The position numbers were made by a program, and so were the translations under genes. The notes below the pieces were generated by a model. The model was not told the DNA's origin, searched no databases, and saw only the letters and a program-made list of their open reading frames with translations. Positions 18,959 through 28,495 of a DNA stretch of 64,000 bases are shown piece by piece. The DNA lies in assembly GCA_963790475.1 (NCBI GenBank), contig CAWBOS010000015.1, forward strand, positions 192,001 to 256,000. Direction: 5' to 3'. Position 1 is the stretch's first letter. Every line of letters begins with the position of its first letter. The DNA is from an uncultured delta proteobacterium (GTDB lineage: Bacteria > Desulfobacterota > RBG-13-43-22).

Positions 18959-20158
18959 TTAAGGGGGAGATACGATGGCAGCGATCAACCCTTGGCCAGA
19001 AAGAAGCTGTTGAATAACGGCTAAGACTTGTAAGCGGGCCTGGGAGGCGAACTTAGGCAAGGAAAGTTTTAAGATGCCAATAGAAAGGACGGAGAGTGTT
19101 CGAGTGGTGCCATGCCGAGCCGTTCGCCTGGGGATTTCCACAAAAGCCCTTACGAGTTGGCTGTCGGCGGTACTACCCAAAGCCAGACAAAGCAAATAAC
19201 TGAGAGAGAAGGCCAAGAGTAAACGAGTAAGGCGCGGAGCGGGATTATCATGAACAAAAACCATGCCCCGGATACCCAGGTGGGTTTTCCAATCCCGGAA
19301 GCCTTGTTCAATAGACATGCGTTTGGCGTAGAGGGCGACGATTTCTTCCGCAGACTCGGGCGTATTGGCCGGAACCAGGAGATACCAAGGTTCTTGATAG
19401 CCTTTCCCATAAAAGATGATTAGATCCAGCGGTTCCTTTTCTTTAGAATGATAGCGGATCGAGTAGCGTTGGATCTGACCGGGTTTGACCGAGAGCCGCC
19501 CGAGGGCGATAGGTTCCCCTTTTCGGTAAACCAGGACATTTTTTTGGGCTCGAACCAGGAAAGGGATTCCCTCCAAGCCCAGTTTCATTAAGAGACCAAT
19601 GCGAGCGTAGCCCCGGTCCATAATCAGCCAGGGGCGCTGCTTAGCCGGGAAACAGCTCATAACCGCTAAGATCAAGGCGTGTTCCAAGATGTTTTGGCTT
19701 TTTTGAATACGAGAATAAGTGAAGCAAGAAAAAGCTACGGGTATCACCCGCCCCTCAAAGACCAAACCGATCAGCAAGGTGGGAATGCCCCGGATAGAGG
19801 TCTGATCCAGGATGAGAGGGATCGGTCCGGGGAGATGGGTTCCATTGGCCAAGGCCACCAACAGGGGGATCATGACTTCCGGAGTAAATCTCGGATTGGC
19901 TAAAAATCGGTAGAGTCGCTGCTCTCGGGTTTTGGGGCCCAGGTCTAAGGGTAAGCATCGGGCTAAAGCGGCTTTGGAAAGCCAGCCATTAGAACCTCGT
20001 GCCCCGCTAAAAAGGGTCAAGATCGCATAGGTAACCAAGGCAATATTTTTAAGAATAGAGATCCGAATAATCCCTTGATAGGTCAATAGAAGGGTACAGA
20101 GTTTCAGGAGCAACTCATCGTGGACAATACGTTCCCGATTAGAGGCTTTATGGATCAC
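18959..20158 (-). CDS. IS4-family DDE transposase
   Basis: LILDQT, LIMDRGY, YAKRMSIEQGFRDWK (YREK motif). Confidence 0.92.
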   Translation of the reverse strand: MIHKASNRERIVHDELLLKLCTLLLTYQGIIRISILKNIALVTYAILTLFSGARGSNGWLSKAALARCLPLDLGPKTREQRLYRFLANPRFTPEVMIPLLVALANGTHLPGPIPLILDQTSIRGIPTLLIGLVFEGRVIPVAFSCFTYSRIQKSQNILEHALILAVMSCFPAKQRPWLIMDRGYARIGLLMKLGLEGIPFLVRAQKNVLVYRKGEPIALGRLSVKPGQIQRYSIRYHSKEKEPLDLIIFYGKGYQEPWYLLVPANTPESAEEIVALYAKRMSIEQGFRDWKTHLGIRGMVFVHDNPAPRLTRLLLAFSLSYLLCLALGSTADSQLVRAFVEIPRRTARHGTTRTLSVLSIGILKLSLPKFASQARLQVLAVIQQLLSGQGLIAAIVSPP

Positions 20159-20484
20159 TTACTCGATACCTGAAAGGTGTTGGGGGCCGTACGTATCAAC
20201 CCCTGGTTCTGGTGGACTTTTTTAACCAAAGCGCTGACCAAAGATTCACGATCCAGCGTTACGCCGTGTTTGGCTTTAACCTGATTAATGATTTCGGAGA
20301 TATGAAGAGGTTGTTTGGCCTTTTGAAGTATGTCTATGGCCATATAGATATTAGACATACCTTGCCCCTGGTTGAGCTTAGTCTTTCCGGATTTTGGATT
20401 CTTGAATTGGCGAACTACACGAAGTTGGGCTGACAATATGGACTCAAAAAAGGAAAGGAATTCTTCGGGCAGTTTATTTTCCAT
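20155..20484 (-). CDS. Winged-helix (HARE-HTH-like) protein inside the IS
   Basis: AIDILQKAKQPLHISEIINQV...SLVSAL...IRTAPNTF; AGGAGG RBS; stop overlaps the transposase start. Confidence 0.7.
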   Translation of the reverse strand: MENKLPEEFLSFFESILSAQLRVVRQFKNPKSGKTKLNQGQGMSNIYMAIDILQKAKQPLHISEIINQVKAKHGVTLDRESLVSALVKKVHQNQGLIRTAPNTFQVSSK

Positions 20485-20666
20485 GGGCACCCTCCTGAGT
20501 TCAATTGAGCCAGAGCCTACCATGAATATATATGTATGTCAACTAAATAATAACATACATTAATTATTCTTGAAAAATAAGCCCTTATCTAAAAGTGAAG
20601 GGGGGCAAGGACATTTTTCCCCTTGACCTTCCCTCCTTTCCCGTTTTATACTCCCTGTCAACGCCC

Positions 20667-21632
20667 ATGTATCTCTATTTTCTTTTCCGGAAAATTGTTT
20701 TTTCCCTGATGGTGTTGATAGGAATCGGGGTAATCATCCTCCTGGTCCGGTTTTATTGGGGGACCTCTGAGGAACAGCCGGCTGCCAAATTTCCAGTTCA
20801 ATCGCCCACCCGGCAGGAAACAGGAAAACCTTCTTCCCTTTTAGAGGAAAAACCCGATTTTCTGAAAGATCAGGACTTGGCAAACAAAACCGAGCCGCCC
20901 CCCTCCGGGCCGGCTGAGGATTCCGAACGTCGGTTATCGGCCGTCCTTTCTACCAACACGGAGCCCAAACCGACGGGTCCACCTCCACCCATCGAAAAGA
21001 AGCCGCCCCCTCCTGCTCCGATGCCCGAAACCAAAGCCGTCGTCGCCCCCCCGCCTAAGGAGATTAAAAAAGAGCCTCAGGCCAAAGAGGTTAAGAAAGA
21101 GACCAGGCCCAAGGAGTCGGCTAAAAATACCAAACCTACTCCCCCGGATTTAAAAAATTCCGAGTCAAAGAACAGCGTTCAACAAGCCGACAAAAAAACC
21201 GTGATGGTGAAAGCCGGGGATTCTATCTATACCATCGCCGAGGAACACTATAAGGTGTCCAATACCTCGGTGGTGGACCGGATAATGGAATTGAATCCTA
21301 ATATAGCCAATCCCGACCTTTTGCCGGCCAACCAGAAAATCAGGCTGCCGGAAATTACCGAGGAATCCCTGGTCATCCAATCCTCAGATGCTTCGGTTAG
21401 AGTTCGACTAGGAACCTTCATGAAACCCGAATTCGCCTCTTTTTTAAAAAGGCACCCAGCTTTACAAGGAAAGGAGATTGAAATTAATCCCTGGAAGACC
21501 CCCTCCGGGCGGACCTTGTACCGGGCAACGGCCGGCAAATTTAACAGCCGGGAAGAAGGACTGGAAGTAATTCGCAAGTTAAAAGAGCAGGGGTTGTCCC
21601 CCTATTTTGAAGGATTCAAAAAGAGAAATTAG
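20667..21632 (+). CDS. Membrane-anchored LysM plus SPOR-like domain protein with Pro/Lys-rich linker
   Basis: N-terminal TM helix, VKAGDSIYTIA...NPDLLPANQKIRLP (LysM), YRATAGKFNSREEG; TTGACC-18-TATACT promoter at 20623-20652; ORF-track start lies in the IS TIR so was moved. Confidence 0.8.
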   Translation: MYLYFLFRKIVFSLMVLIGIGVIILLVRFYWGTSEEQPAAKFPVQSPTRQETGKPSSLLEEKPDFLKDQDLANKTEPPPSGPAEDSERRLSAVLSTNTEPKPTGPPPPIEKKPPPPAPMPETKAVVAPPPKEIKKEPQAKEVKKETRPKESAKNTKPTPPDLKNSESKNSVQQADKKTVMVKAGDSIYTIAEEHYKVSNTSVVDRIMELNPNIANPDLLPANQKIRLPEITEESLVIQSSDASVRVRLGTFMKPEFASFLKRHPALQGKEIEINPWKTPSGRTLYRATAGKFNSREEGLEVIRKLKEQGLSPYFEGFKKRN

Positions 21633-21748
21633 AACCTGAAAACACCGCCCCCCTGGAAGCCCACCGAAACCGTCGGCTGAAATTGATTGGCCGGGACAAC
21701 TGTCGCTTGATTATTATCTCCAGAAAATCATCCTGACCTCTATCCCCT

Positions 21749-21892
21749 CGAGAGCTCTGAAAAATGTTTAGTTTTGTTCAATATCAAGGAAGAAGAAAAT
21801 TTTAACCCCAGGAATACATCTAGTATTTCGAGGATTAAAATTTGAATCTGACGATGAGATTGGGAAAAAGGGGATGTTTTTCAAAGCTCTCG
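21749..21892. mobile_element. MITE-like element (~144 bp)
   Basis: Terminal IR CGAGAGCTCTGAAAAA / TTTTTCAAAGCTCTCG; internal palindrome AAATTTTAA..GAATAC..GTATTTC..TTAAAATTT; non-coding. Confidence 0.7.
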
Positions 21893-21895
21893 CCT

Positions 21896-22351
21896 ATGAT
21901 TGCCTATCAACTTTCCATTTTTGCGGAGAATAAACCAGGGGTGCTGGCCCGGATAACCGGCGTTTTGGCCAAAGCCAAGATCAGCATTCGGGCGACGACG
22001 ATATCGACTTCCGACACCTTTGGGGTCATCAACCTGATTGTGGATGATCCCCAAAGAGGGAAAGCCGTGCTGACCGAAGCTGGAATAACCGTGCATTTGC
22101 GCAACGTGCTGGCCGTTCTCATCCCCGACCGGCCAGGCGGTCTGGATAATTTGGCGCAGTTGCTTTATCACGAGGGCATCAATATCAACAATGCCTATGG
22201 CTTTGTTCTGGAATCCGCAGAAAAGGCCGTCTTTGTCGTGGAAGTTGAGGAGATTGACAAGACAGAAAAATTATTGGAAAAGAACGGATTCCAGACGCTG
22301 GATCGGACGCCTTATCAGCCATTGAGCCATTCCATTAGTTCTATTACATGA
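21896..22351 (+). CDS. ACT-domain protein (two ACT repeats), possible 3' frameshift
   Basis: YQLSIFAENKPGVLARIT, DTFGVINLIVDDP, IPDRPGGL, ININNAYGF. Confidence 0.85.
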   Translation: MIAYQLSIFAENKPGVLARITGVLAKAKISIRATTISTSDTFGVINLIVDDPQRGKAVLTEAGITVHLRNVLAVLIPDRPGGLDNLAQLLYHEGININNAYGFVLESAEKAVFVVEVEEIDKTEKLLEKNGFQTLDRTPYQPLSHSISSIT

Positions 22352-22590
22352 AATACTGATCAGGCCGGTCCTGACCTATATACTTTTTCTGACAGAAAGT
22401 TCCAAAATCAATAGCGATCTGAATCCTCTAAAACCTACAAATCTTCCGAAAACATAGCCACACAAAACAAAGATTACCGTTGAAATCGCGCCACAAAGAT
22501 GCTCAGTTGACGTGGAGGCTCCCGCTGCCAATATATGAAGTTTAGCCGGCAATCTTTAAGGCTGAATTACACGCAGAGTCATTTCTCGGG

Positions 22591-24762
22591 CTAAGCGGCT
22601 GTTTTGTAAAGCACGGAGGCAACGATCTCCTGGATTTCCTTCGGAGTAGTGGCACTGAGGGCCTCCTTGGCCAGGGCTTCCGCCTGATCTATTGTGATCT
22701 GCCGGATGGCGTGACGCACGCCGGCAACTTGAAATGGATTCATACTAAGGGCCCTGACGCCCATTCCTACCAACAGGCAGGCTACCGCCGGATCGCTTGC
22801 GGTTTCCCCGCAGACGGATACCGCCACCCCTTGGTTCACCGCTGCTCGGACTATCTGCTCTGTTGCCCTTAGCACGGATGGATGAAAAAATGAAAGAACC
22901 CCGGGCTGCCAATGGGATCCACGGTCCATGGCCAAAATGGAGAGGGTGAGATCGTTAGTCCCAATGCAGACAAAATCCACGATTTGCAGAATTCCATGGA
23001 TATCAAAGGCCGCTGCAGGGGTCTCGATCATGGCCCCGATTGGCGGGCGCTTGGGGAATTGATCGCTTTGTAACATTTCTTCAACCAAGCAGCGCGCCTC
23101 ACTTAGGTCGGCCACGCCCATGACCATGGGGAACATGATTTTCACATTTCCCCCTTGGGCAGCTCGGAGGATTGCCAGGATCTGGGTGCGGAACATCGTT
23201 TTCTCAGAAAGAGAGTAGGCCAGACCGCGCAGGATTGGGCGCCAGGCCATATTTTTTGCAGCACGGTCAAAACGCGGTATCTTGTCCCCGCCGAGATCCA
23301 TCGTCCGGATGACAACCGGCAGCGGATCAAGCATGGCTGCCACCTCGGAATAGGCAGCAGTTTGAGCTTCCAGATTCGGCGGCTGTTCGGCCTCCAGAAA
23401 CAGAAATTCTGAGCGAAACAGGCCTATCCCGTCCAGGTTATACTCCAGAACTATGCCCGCCTCATCCGAGCGGCCGATATTCGCGTGCAACCCGATATTT
23501 ACTCCATCCATCGTTATACAGGGCAGAGCCTGCTTCCGCCCCTCTGCAGAGGCAATCAGGGCGGATTGCATCTTGCGCGTCGCAAAATGTGTCGCCTGGG
23601 CTACGGACGGAGCCACTGTGACAGTCCCCGTTTCCGCATCCACCAGCAAACGATCTCCAGAAGCCAGCAGCCTGGTTGCGTCCTCGATGTCGCAGACGGC
23701 CGGAATGTTTCTGGCCCGGGCCAGGATCGCGACATGTGACGCGGGACCCGTCCTCTCCGTGACAATGGCGGTTACATTGACCGAATTAATCAGTAAGGCA
23801 TCGGATAAAAGAAGTTCCTCGGCGACCAGAATGGTTCTGGGCGGGAGGTCGGTCAATCGGCTCGAGGTCCCTTCCCCTGAGGTTCTAAGGTTGCGCAGAA
23901 CCTGATGACCAAGGTCCTGCATGTCGGCACCGCGCTCCCGCATAAATTCCTGTTTCAACCCCTTGAGGCGCATTTCCATTTCTCGGACCTCTGCCAGAAC
24001 CGCATGTTCGACCCTGACCAGATCCTCTCCCACGCGCCGTTTGCATTTTTTCTGAAAGGAGGAATCATTGAGCATAGCCAAACGCATTTCCAGCAGACCG
24101 ATCTCAACGTCATCCTCTTGAGGCACAAACCGCTCCCGGATATTATTCAATTCTTGGATTGACGCCGCCAAAGCTCGGTCAAACCGGGCCACTTCTGAGT
24201 CCACATCCTCCTGAGAGATGCTTGGCTCCCCAACTGCGGATTCATGCCCGGATTGGTGGACAAAGGCCACTCCGTCCGCTAGGCCAGGGGAAATTCCCCT
24301 GCCTTGCAGTGTCGTGCCCACCAATCGGGTGAAGGCCCGGAGGTACTGCATCTCTTCGTCCTTTGTCGTAATGGCCTTCTTCATCTGTCGAGCCTCAGTA
24401 GCCTTTCGGCCTATCAGGTATACATACAAGGCTAAAGCGAGTACTTCGATTGCGGCATTGATGCTCTCAGTGGAAAGCAATTCATGTACATGCCAAAGAA
24501 TTTCAAAAGAGATTCTCAGCGTTGGAAGCAGAGCGGATAAGGCATAGGCCAGAATTTTTCTTTCCATCCAAGACGCCAGTCCGATCGGAACCAAATACAG
24601 GAGAGGAAAGTGGATATCTCGCCCTGTGGTAAAGTCAACAAACAATGTGACCAGAGCGATGAGTATGCAAATAGTCGATTGGTTTTTTTGAGTAACCTGG
24701 ACCACAAATCGCATAGCCCGTTTCATGGGCGCACTCCTCCTAATACTGGTAGAAAACAACAA
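22591..24762 (-). CDS. PEP-protein phosphotransferase (PTS Enzyme I) with an N-terminal multi-TM domain
   Basis: ASHVAILAR (phospho-His), GIGLFRSEFLF, RTMDLGGDK, MIETPAA, IGTNDL, VCGE; about 110-aa hydrophobic N-terminus. Confidence 0.9.
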   Translation of the reverse strand: MLFSTSIRRSAPMKRAMRFVVQVTQKNQSTICILIALVTLFVDFTTGRDIHFPLLYLVPIGLASWMERKILAYALSALLPTLRISFEILWHVHELLSTESINAAIEVLALALYVYLIGRKATEARQMKKAITTKDEEMQYLRAFTRLVGTTLQGRGISPGLADGVAFVHQSGHESAVGEPSISQEDVDSEVARFDRALAASIQELNNIRERFVPQEDDVEIGLLEMRLAMLNDSSFQKKCKRRVGEDLVRVEHAVLAEVREMEMRLKGLKQEFMRERGADMQDLGHQVLRNLRTSGEGTSSRLTDLPPRTILVAEELLLSDALLINSVNVTAIVTERTGPASHVAILARARNIPAVCDIEDATRLLASGDRLLVDAETGTVTVAPSVAQATHFATRKMQSALIASAEGRKQALPCITMDGVNIGLHANIGRSDEAGIVLEYNLDGIGLFRSEFLFLEAEQPPNLEAQTAAYSEVAAMLDPLPVVIRTMDLGGDKIPRFDRAAKNMAWRPILRGLAYSLSEKTMFRTQILAILRAAQGGNVKIMFPMVMGVADLSEARCLVEEMLQSDQFPKRPPIGAMIETPAAAFDIHGILQIVDFVCIGTNDLTLSILAMDRGSHWQPGVLSFFHPSVLRATEQIVRAAVNQGVAVSVCGETASDPAVACLLVGMGVRALSMNPFQVAGVRHAIRQITIDQAEALAKEALSATTPKEIQEIVASVLYKTAA

Positions 24763-24998
24763 GAATCAAAGTAATCCACAAAAAATGCAAAATTTCCTTT
24801 TGTTTTATTGTCCACCTAATAAGCCTCTGGGAAAGGAACGGATGCCTGGTAATTTCTTAATCTTCCTACCAGGAAAATAGGAGGAGACGAAAGGATCATA
24901 GGGAATCCCCTCCGTCCTTTAAGGGAATCGATGACCATTGTTTTCGTTTATTGATGTAAGAGGCGAATAAATTAGAAAGGTTAAATCAAAAAAGTACC

Positions 24999-26108
24999 TC
25001 AACTCCTGGAATAGATGCCAGAGTCCTTATCGAACGCCTCAATAACCTCATCGGATAAGCTCGGACGAACTTCCTCCAAGATACGCCTAACGGTTTCCGT
25101 GGTAACGAAGTATTCCTGCTTGTTGGTCAGCTCCTGTTCAAAAGCAAACTGAGCGACTCGCTCAAAAAGATATTGGATGTCTGCCGGTGTAAAGCGGGCG
25201 ATTTGTCTGTTAATCTGATCCACATCAACATCGCCCTGATTCACTCTGGAGAGATAATATTGGAGGACGGTTTTTCTCTCATCCTCGGTCATCCCCCCCA
25301 CCGGAATGATGCAATCGAATCTTCCGGGACGAAGGAGTGCCGGATCCAAGTCTCGAATGTAATTAGTGGCACATACCAGCAAAGCCTTGTTCGCTCCGTT
25401 TTTAAAGAGCGCCACTTGTTTCAATAGTTCATTGGTTATGGATTTGTCAATTCGGTCTGCATTATCCCTGCTACCGGCAATCTCTTCGAATTCGTCAATG
25501 AAAATCACGGCTTCCTCCAGATCTCTGGCCTTCTCCATAATCATTCTCAAATTTGCACCCACTTTTTCCACTCCCTGGACCATAAGCATGCTGGGCACAA
25601 CTTCTATATACCACCAGGACAGGATACCGGCTATGGCTTTGACGAAATGAGTCTTCCCCGTGCCCGGAGGACCGAAGAATATAATGGTCTTGGGTGGAAC
25701 GACACCATGTTTTTTCGAAAGGTCACTCTGGGTAAGAGGGAGGATAATCCTCCTCTGGACAAGTTGTTTGGGCGGTTGCGAATCGGAGATGGTGTCCCAT
25801 ATTTCCCGACTGATAGTCAGTCCACCCATTTCTTTCAGCAGGTCCATTCGTTTGTAGTTCATGAATTCATTGAGTGCCTGTTCCTTGTTTTCCAGAAAGT
25901 CGATGCAGGCAACGCGCAAACCCACATCGCGCCCAAGTTTTTCAGAAAGGAGCCATTTATGCTGCAAGATCTTCGGCCACAGATCGAAAGCCAGCTCTGG
26001 CTCAAATTTTGCCCCGCTGATCTCAAAGATCTTGCTCATGCATTCCTCAGGCTCCATAGTTTGTTCGATGTCATGACTCATATAACACCTCCTAACCCGA
26101 CACGACAT
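24999..26108 (-). CDS. AAA+ ATPase with N-terminal DUF4032-like domain
   Basis: GPPGTGKT, IFIDEFE, ATNY..LDPALLRPGRFD; ILQHKWLLSEKLGRDVG. Confidence 0.88.
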   Translation of the reverse strand: MSCRVRRCYMSHDIEQTMEPEECMSKIFEISGAKFEPELAFDLWPKILQHKWLLSEKLGRDVGLRVACIDFLENKEQALNEFMNYKRMDLLKEMGGLTISREIWDTISDSQPPKQLVQRRIILPLTQSDLSKKHGVVPPKTIIFFGPPGTGKTHFVKAIAGILSWWYIEVVPSMLMVQGVEKVGANLRMIMEKARDLEEAVIFIDEFEEIAGSRDNADRIDKSITNELLKQVALFKNGANKALLVCATNYIRDLDPALLRPGRFDCIIPVGGMTEDERKTVLQYYLSRVNQGDVDVDQINRQIARFTPADIQYLFERVAQFAFEQELTNKQEYFVTTETVRRILEEVRPSLSDEVIEAFDKDSGIYSRS

Positions 26109-26230
26109 TGTCGAGTTGTCCTCGAAATCCCACCGCCTTTAAACCGCTGCGTGTATCCTAAGTAATTTGTTTTTAAGGAATTTTCTTCGGACGGAAGTAG
26201 GATAAGCTTATTTGATCAGAAATTGGAATT

Positions 26231-26335
26231 TGATAGAAAAAATTATAAAACAAGGAAAAGACAATATCAAGAAGAAAAACAGTGACGAAGGGTAAGGGGA
26301 CATAAAGGGTCTTCTGACCGAAACGGGGTAGTGAA
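26231..26335 (-). promoter_or_regulatory. Repeated promoter element, copy A
   Basis: Minus strand TTGATA-17-TATAAT; aligns colinearly with 47468-47572. Confidence 0.65.
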
Positions 26336-26371
26336 GGCATGGACGATAACGTTTAATGGTTGAAAAGATGA

Positions 26372-26403
26372 AAGAGGGGGATTAGCTCAAAATCCCCCCT
26401 CTT
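26372..26403 (-). terminator. Intrinsic terminator after the DUF2934 gene
   Basis: GAGGGGGATT-loop-AATCCCCCCTC stem with T-rich tail on the minus strand. Confidence 0.6.
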
Positions 26404-26422
26404 GTTTTCTCAGGGGGAAATA

Positions 26423-26761
26423 TTATTTCTTTTCCGCCGGAGCCGCAGGAGCTTCTTCTTTCTTGGGGCCAGCTTTTTTTGCCTTCTTTACTACCTTTTT
26501 CTTTTTGACCGGTTTCTTTTTCTGGCTCGTTTCTTTAACAGTGGTCTCTATTACATTTTTTGCTGGGTCTGTTTTCGCTGTCTTGGTCATTTTATCTTTC
26601 TTTATTACATTAACTGATTGATATGATAGGACAATTCTTTCCGCCTCAAGCCAATGGTCAAGATCATGGCCGTGGGAATAGCCGCTCTTCATAAAAATGT
26701 CATAAGCTACCTTGGCGATTTCTCTATGCAGATTTTTTCCGGGCACAAGAACACCTCCCAT
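26423..26761 (-). CDS. DUF2934 domain protein with Lys/Ala-rich histone-like tail
   Basis: EIAKVAYDIFMKSG..HGHDLDHWLEAER; KKKKVVKKAKK tail. Confidence 0.8.
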   Translation of the reverse strand: MGGVLVPGKNLHREIAKVAYDIFMKSGYSHGHDLDHWLEAERIVLSYQSVNVIKKDKMTKTAKTDPAKNVIETTVKETSQKKKPVKKKKVVKKAKKAGPKKEEAPAAPAEKK

Positions 26762-26843
26762 TCTTTGAAATTTAAGAACATCTTGATTATATAGGAACCA
26801 TCGTTTTTTTTATGGCCATTAGAAAACCCGGATAAACGCTATT

Positions 26844-27041
26844 TTATTCTTTTTTATCAGTCTTGTCCTTTTCAATTTCTTTGGGTTCAGATGGTAATTC
26901 CTTTTCATGACCACTTAACCCATCTTTAAGTTCCTTTATTCCTTGTCCCAGACTTTTGCCAATTTCTGGCAATTTTTTGGACCCAAAGACAAGAGCGGCT
27001 ATGATCAAAACAACTAATAGATCCTGATCCAGACCAAGCAT
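26844..27041 (-). CDS. tatA: Twin-arginine translocase TatA/TatE subunit
   Basis: LLVVLIIAALVFGSKKLPEIGKSLGQGIKELK. Confidence 0.92.
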   Translation of the reverse strand: MLGLDQDLLVVLIIAALVFGSKKLPEIGKSLGQGIKELKDGLSGHEKELPSEPKEIEKDKTDKKE

Positions 27042-27508
27042 AAATACCTGCCTTTTCTGACCTACTTTATGAAAAAAAGATTAATATAACTTCTTGTTTA
27101 TCTTCGAATAAGTATACCTATATGGCTTTGCACTCAACATTGATTACGTATGTAGTATACACCATTTTCAAACTTTTTGAAATGAGGCTTTAAGCAATCG
27201 GTGAGTATCTCCATTAACGGTTAAAGAATCATAGTATTCTAATTTCTTTTTAATGAAGCCACCGGGAGACTTTATGTGTCAGTGTATGCAGTGTATGCGG
27301 GGAGAAAGGAGGCGATCTTACAACGGAGAAAAGAGAAAAAACGATTGACCTTGGAACGTAGGAAGCGATACAATTTCAACCCAGGCAACAATAGCCCGGA
27401 TCAGCGTCAGGTTGCAAACTCAGCCTAGAGAAATTTGTCCATTTTGGCCTGACGACATTGATAGGCTTGTTTTGCTATTAACCACTAACAACGAAAGAGA
27501 GGCAGTCT

Positions 27509-28039
27509 ATGCGTTTCACAAAGATCTTCATCTTCTTAACTTTAAGTCTGGCCATTAGTTTTTGGGGTTGTACGAAGAATCAGAAGAGTGAGGCACCTAA
27601 ACAGCAACAGATTATTAAGAACCTGGTTCCACCTAAGGTGGAAATTAAGGGACCGATATTTGGGGTGGAAATCACTGATCTTGCAGTCACTATGACCGTA
27701 GACACCAATTCTAAAGAAGTCGTCGAGACCCCGAAGCTCGGGGGTCATATCAAGATCACCAATAAATCAGAAAATGTTTTGGACATCCAGGCGCTTACTC
27801 TCGAATATCTGGATGAAGCCGGAAAGGTCATTCCTTTTGGTTCTGGAGAGAAAATAGCGACAGTTAATCCGTTTTGGAAGGCCCTTCAGCCTGGAGAAGC
27901 TACCGAAGGGTCTTTGGACGCTACCATCCCAAGAAAAGCTGCCAAGGAAAAGGCCCTTGGAAAGGTGCAAGTCAACCTGGTCTATGTCCCCTCTCTTCTT
28001 AAACGAGAAACGCTGAGTTTGCCAGAAAAAGTTGAATAG
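27509..28039 (+). CDS. Putative lipoprotein of unknown function
   Basis: Signal peptide ending FWGC; GAGG RBS; TTGACC-18-TACAAT promoter at 27345-27374. Confidence 0.75.
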   Translation: MRFTKIFIFLTLSLAISFWGCTKNQKSEAPKQQQIIKNLVPPKVEIKGPIFGVEITDLAVTMTVDTNSKEVVETPKLGGHIKITNKSENVLDIQALTLEYLDEAGKVIPFGSGEKIATVNPFWKALQPGEATEGSLDATIPRKAAKEKALGKVQVNLVYVPSLLKRETLSLPEKVE

Positions 28040-28184
28040 CGCCAACCTTAATCCATGAGGCTAAAGAGGGAGGCCATTTTTACTGCCCAGAGGAATAGAT
28101 AGCTTCACTTACAATGGTGAAAACAAATAGACCCGAAAATCTTTGCTGCAGTGGTCCAGGGTCAAAAAAGAAACTCGCCCATTT

Positions 28185-28415
28185 TCAGCCTACCCAGGGC
28201 CACTGCCAGGCTTCGTAAAATACGGGTTCCCTGAATCCGGTTCGAAAGACGAGCCCCAATTGGGAGCCGACCATGACGCCAATGGCCAAAAAGTTCGTCT
28301 GGTGTATCCCATACGTCAAAATTCCGGTCAGGGCCATATTGGCCAGGATGAAATGAGGGGTGGCCGCAGCGATGTCGACAGGAAAACGGAGGAGATAAAC
28401 CAAAGCCGGCACAAG
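28185..28415 (-). pseudogene. TauE/SafE (TSUP) transporter fragment
   Basis: VPALVYLLRFPVDIAAATPHF..., LAIGVMVGSQLG; 5' part lost at the hairpin at 28427. Confidence 0.6.
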
Positions 28416-28426
28416 AAGGTTAAATC

Positions 28427-28464
28427 TTAAACTAATCCACCGACAAGGTCGGTGGGTAGTTTAA
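28427..28464. repeat. REP or IS200/IS605-end-like palindrome
   Basis: TTAAACTAATCCACCGAC AAG GTCGGTGGGTAGTTTAA. Confidence 0.55.
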
Positions 28465-28495
28465 TAGCCAAATAATTTCAAGTCCCTTTTATTGA

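Larger units (their letters stand above)
18702..20609 (-). mobile_element. Complete IS4-family element (~1.9 kb) carrying two ORFs
   Basis: Perfect TIR CTTGCCCCCCTTCACTTTTAGATAAGGG at both ends; target duplication GACATTTTTC (8-12 bp depending on where the end is placed). Confidence 0.93.
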
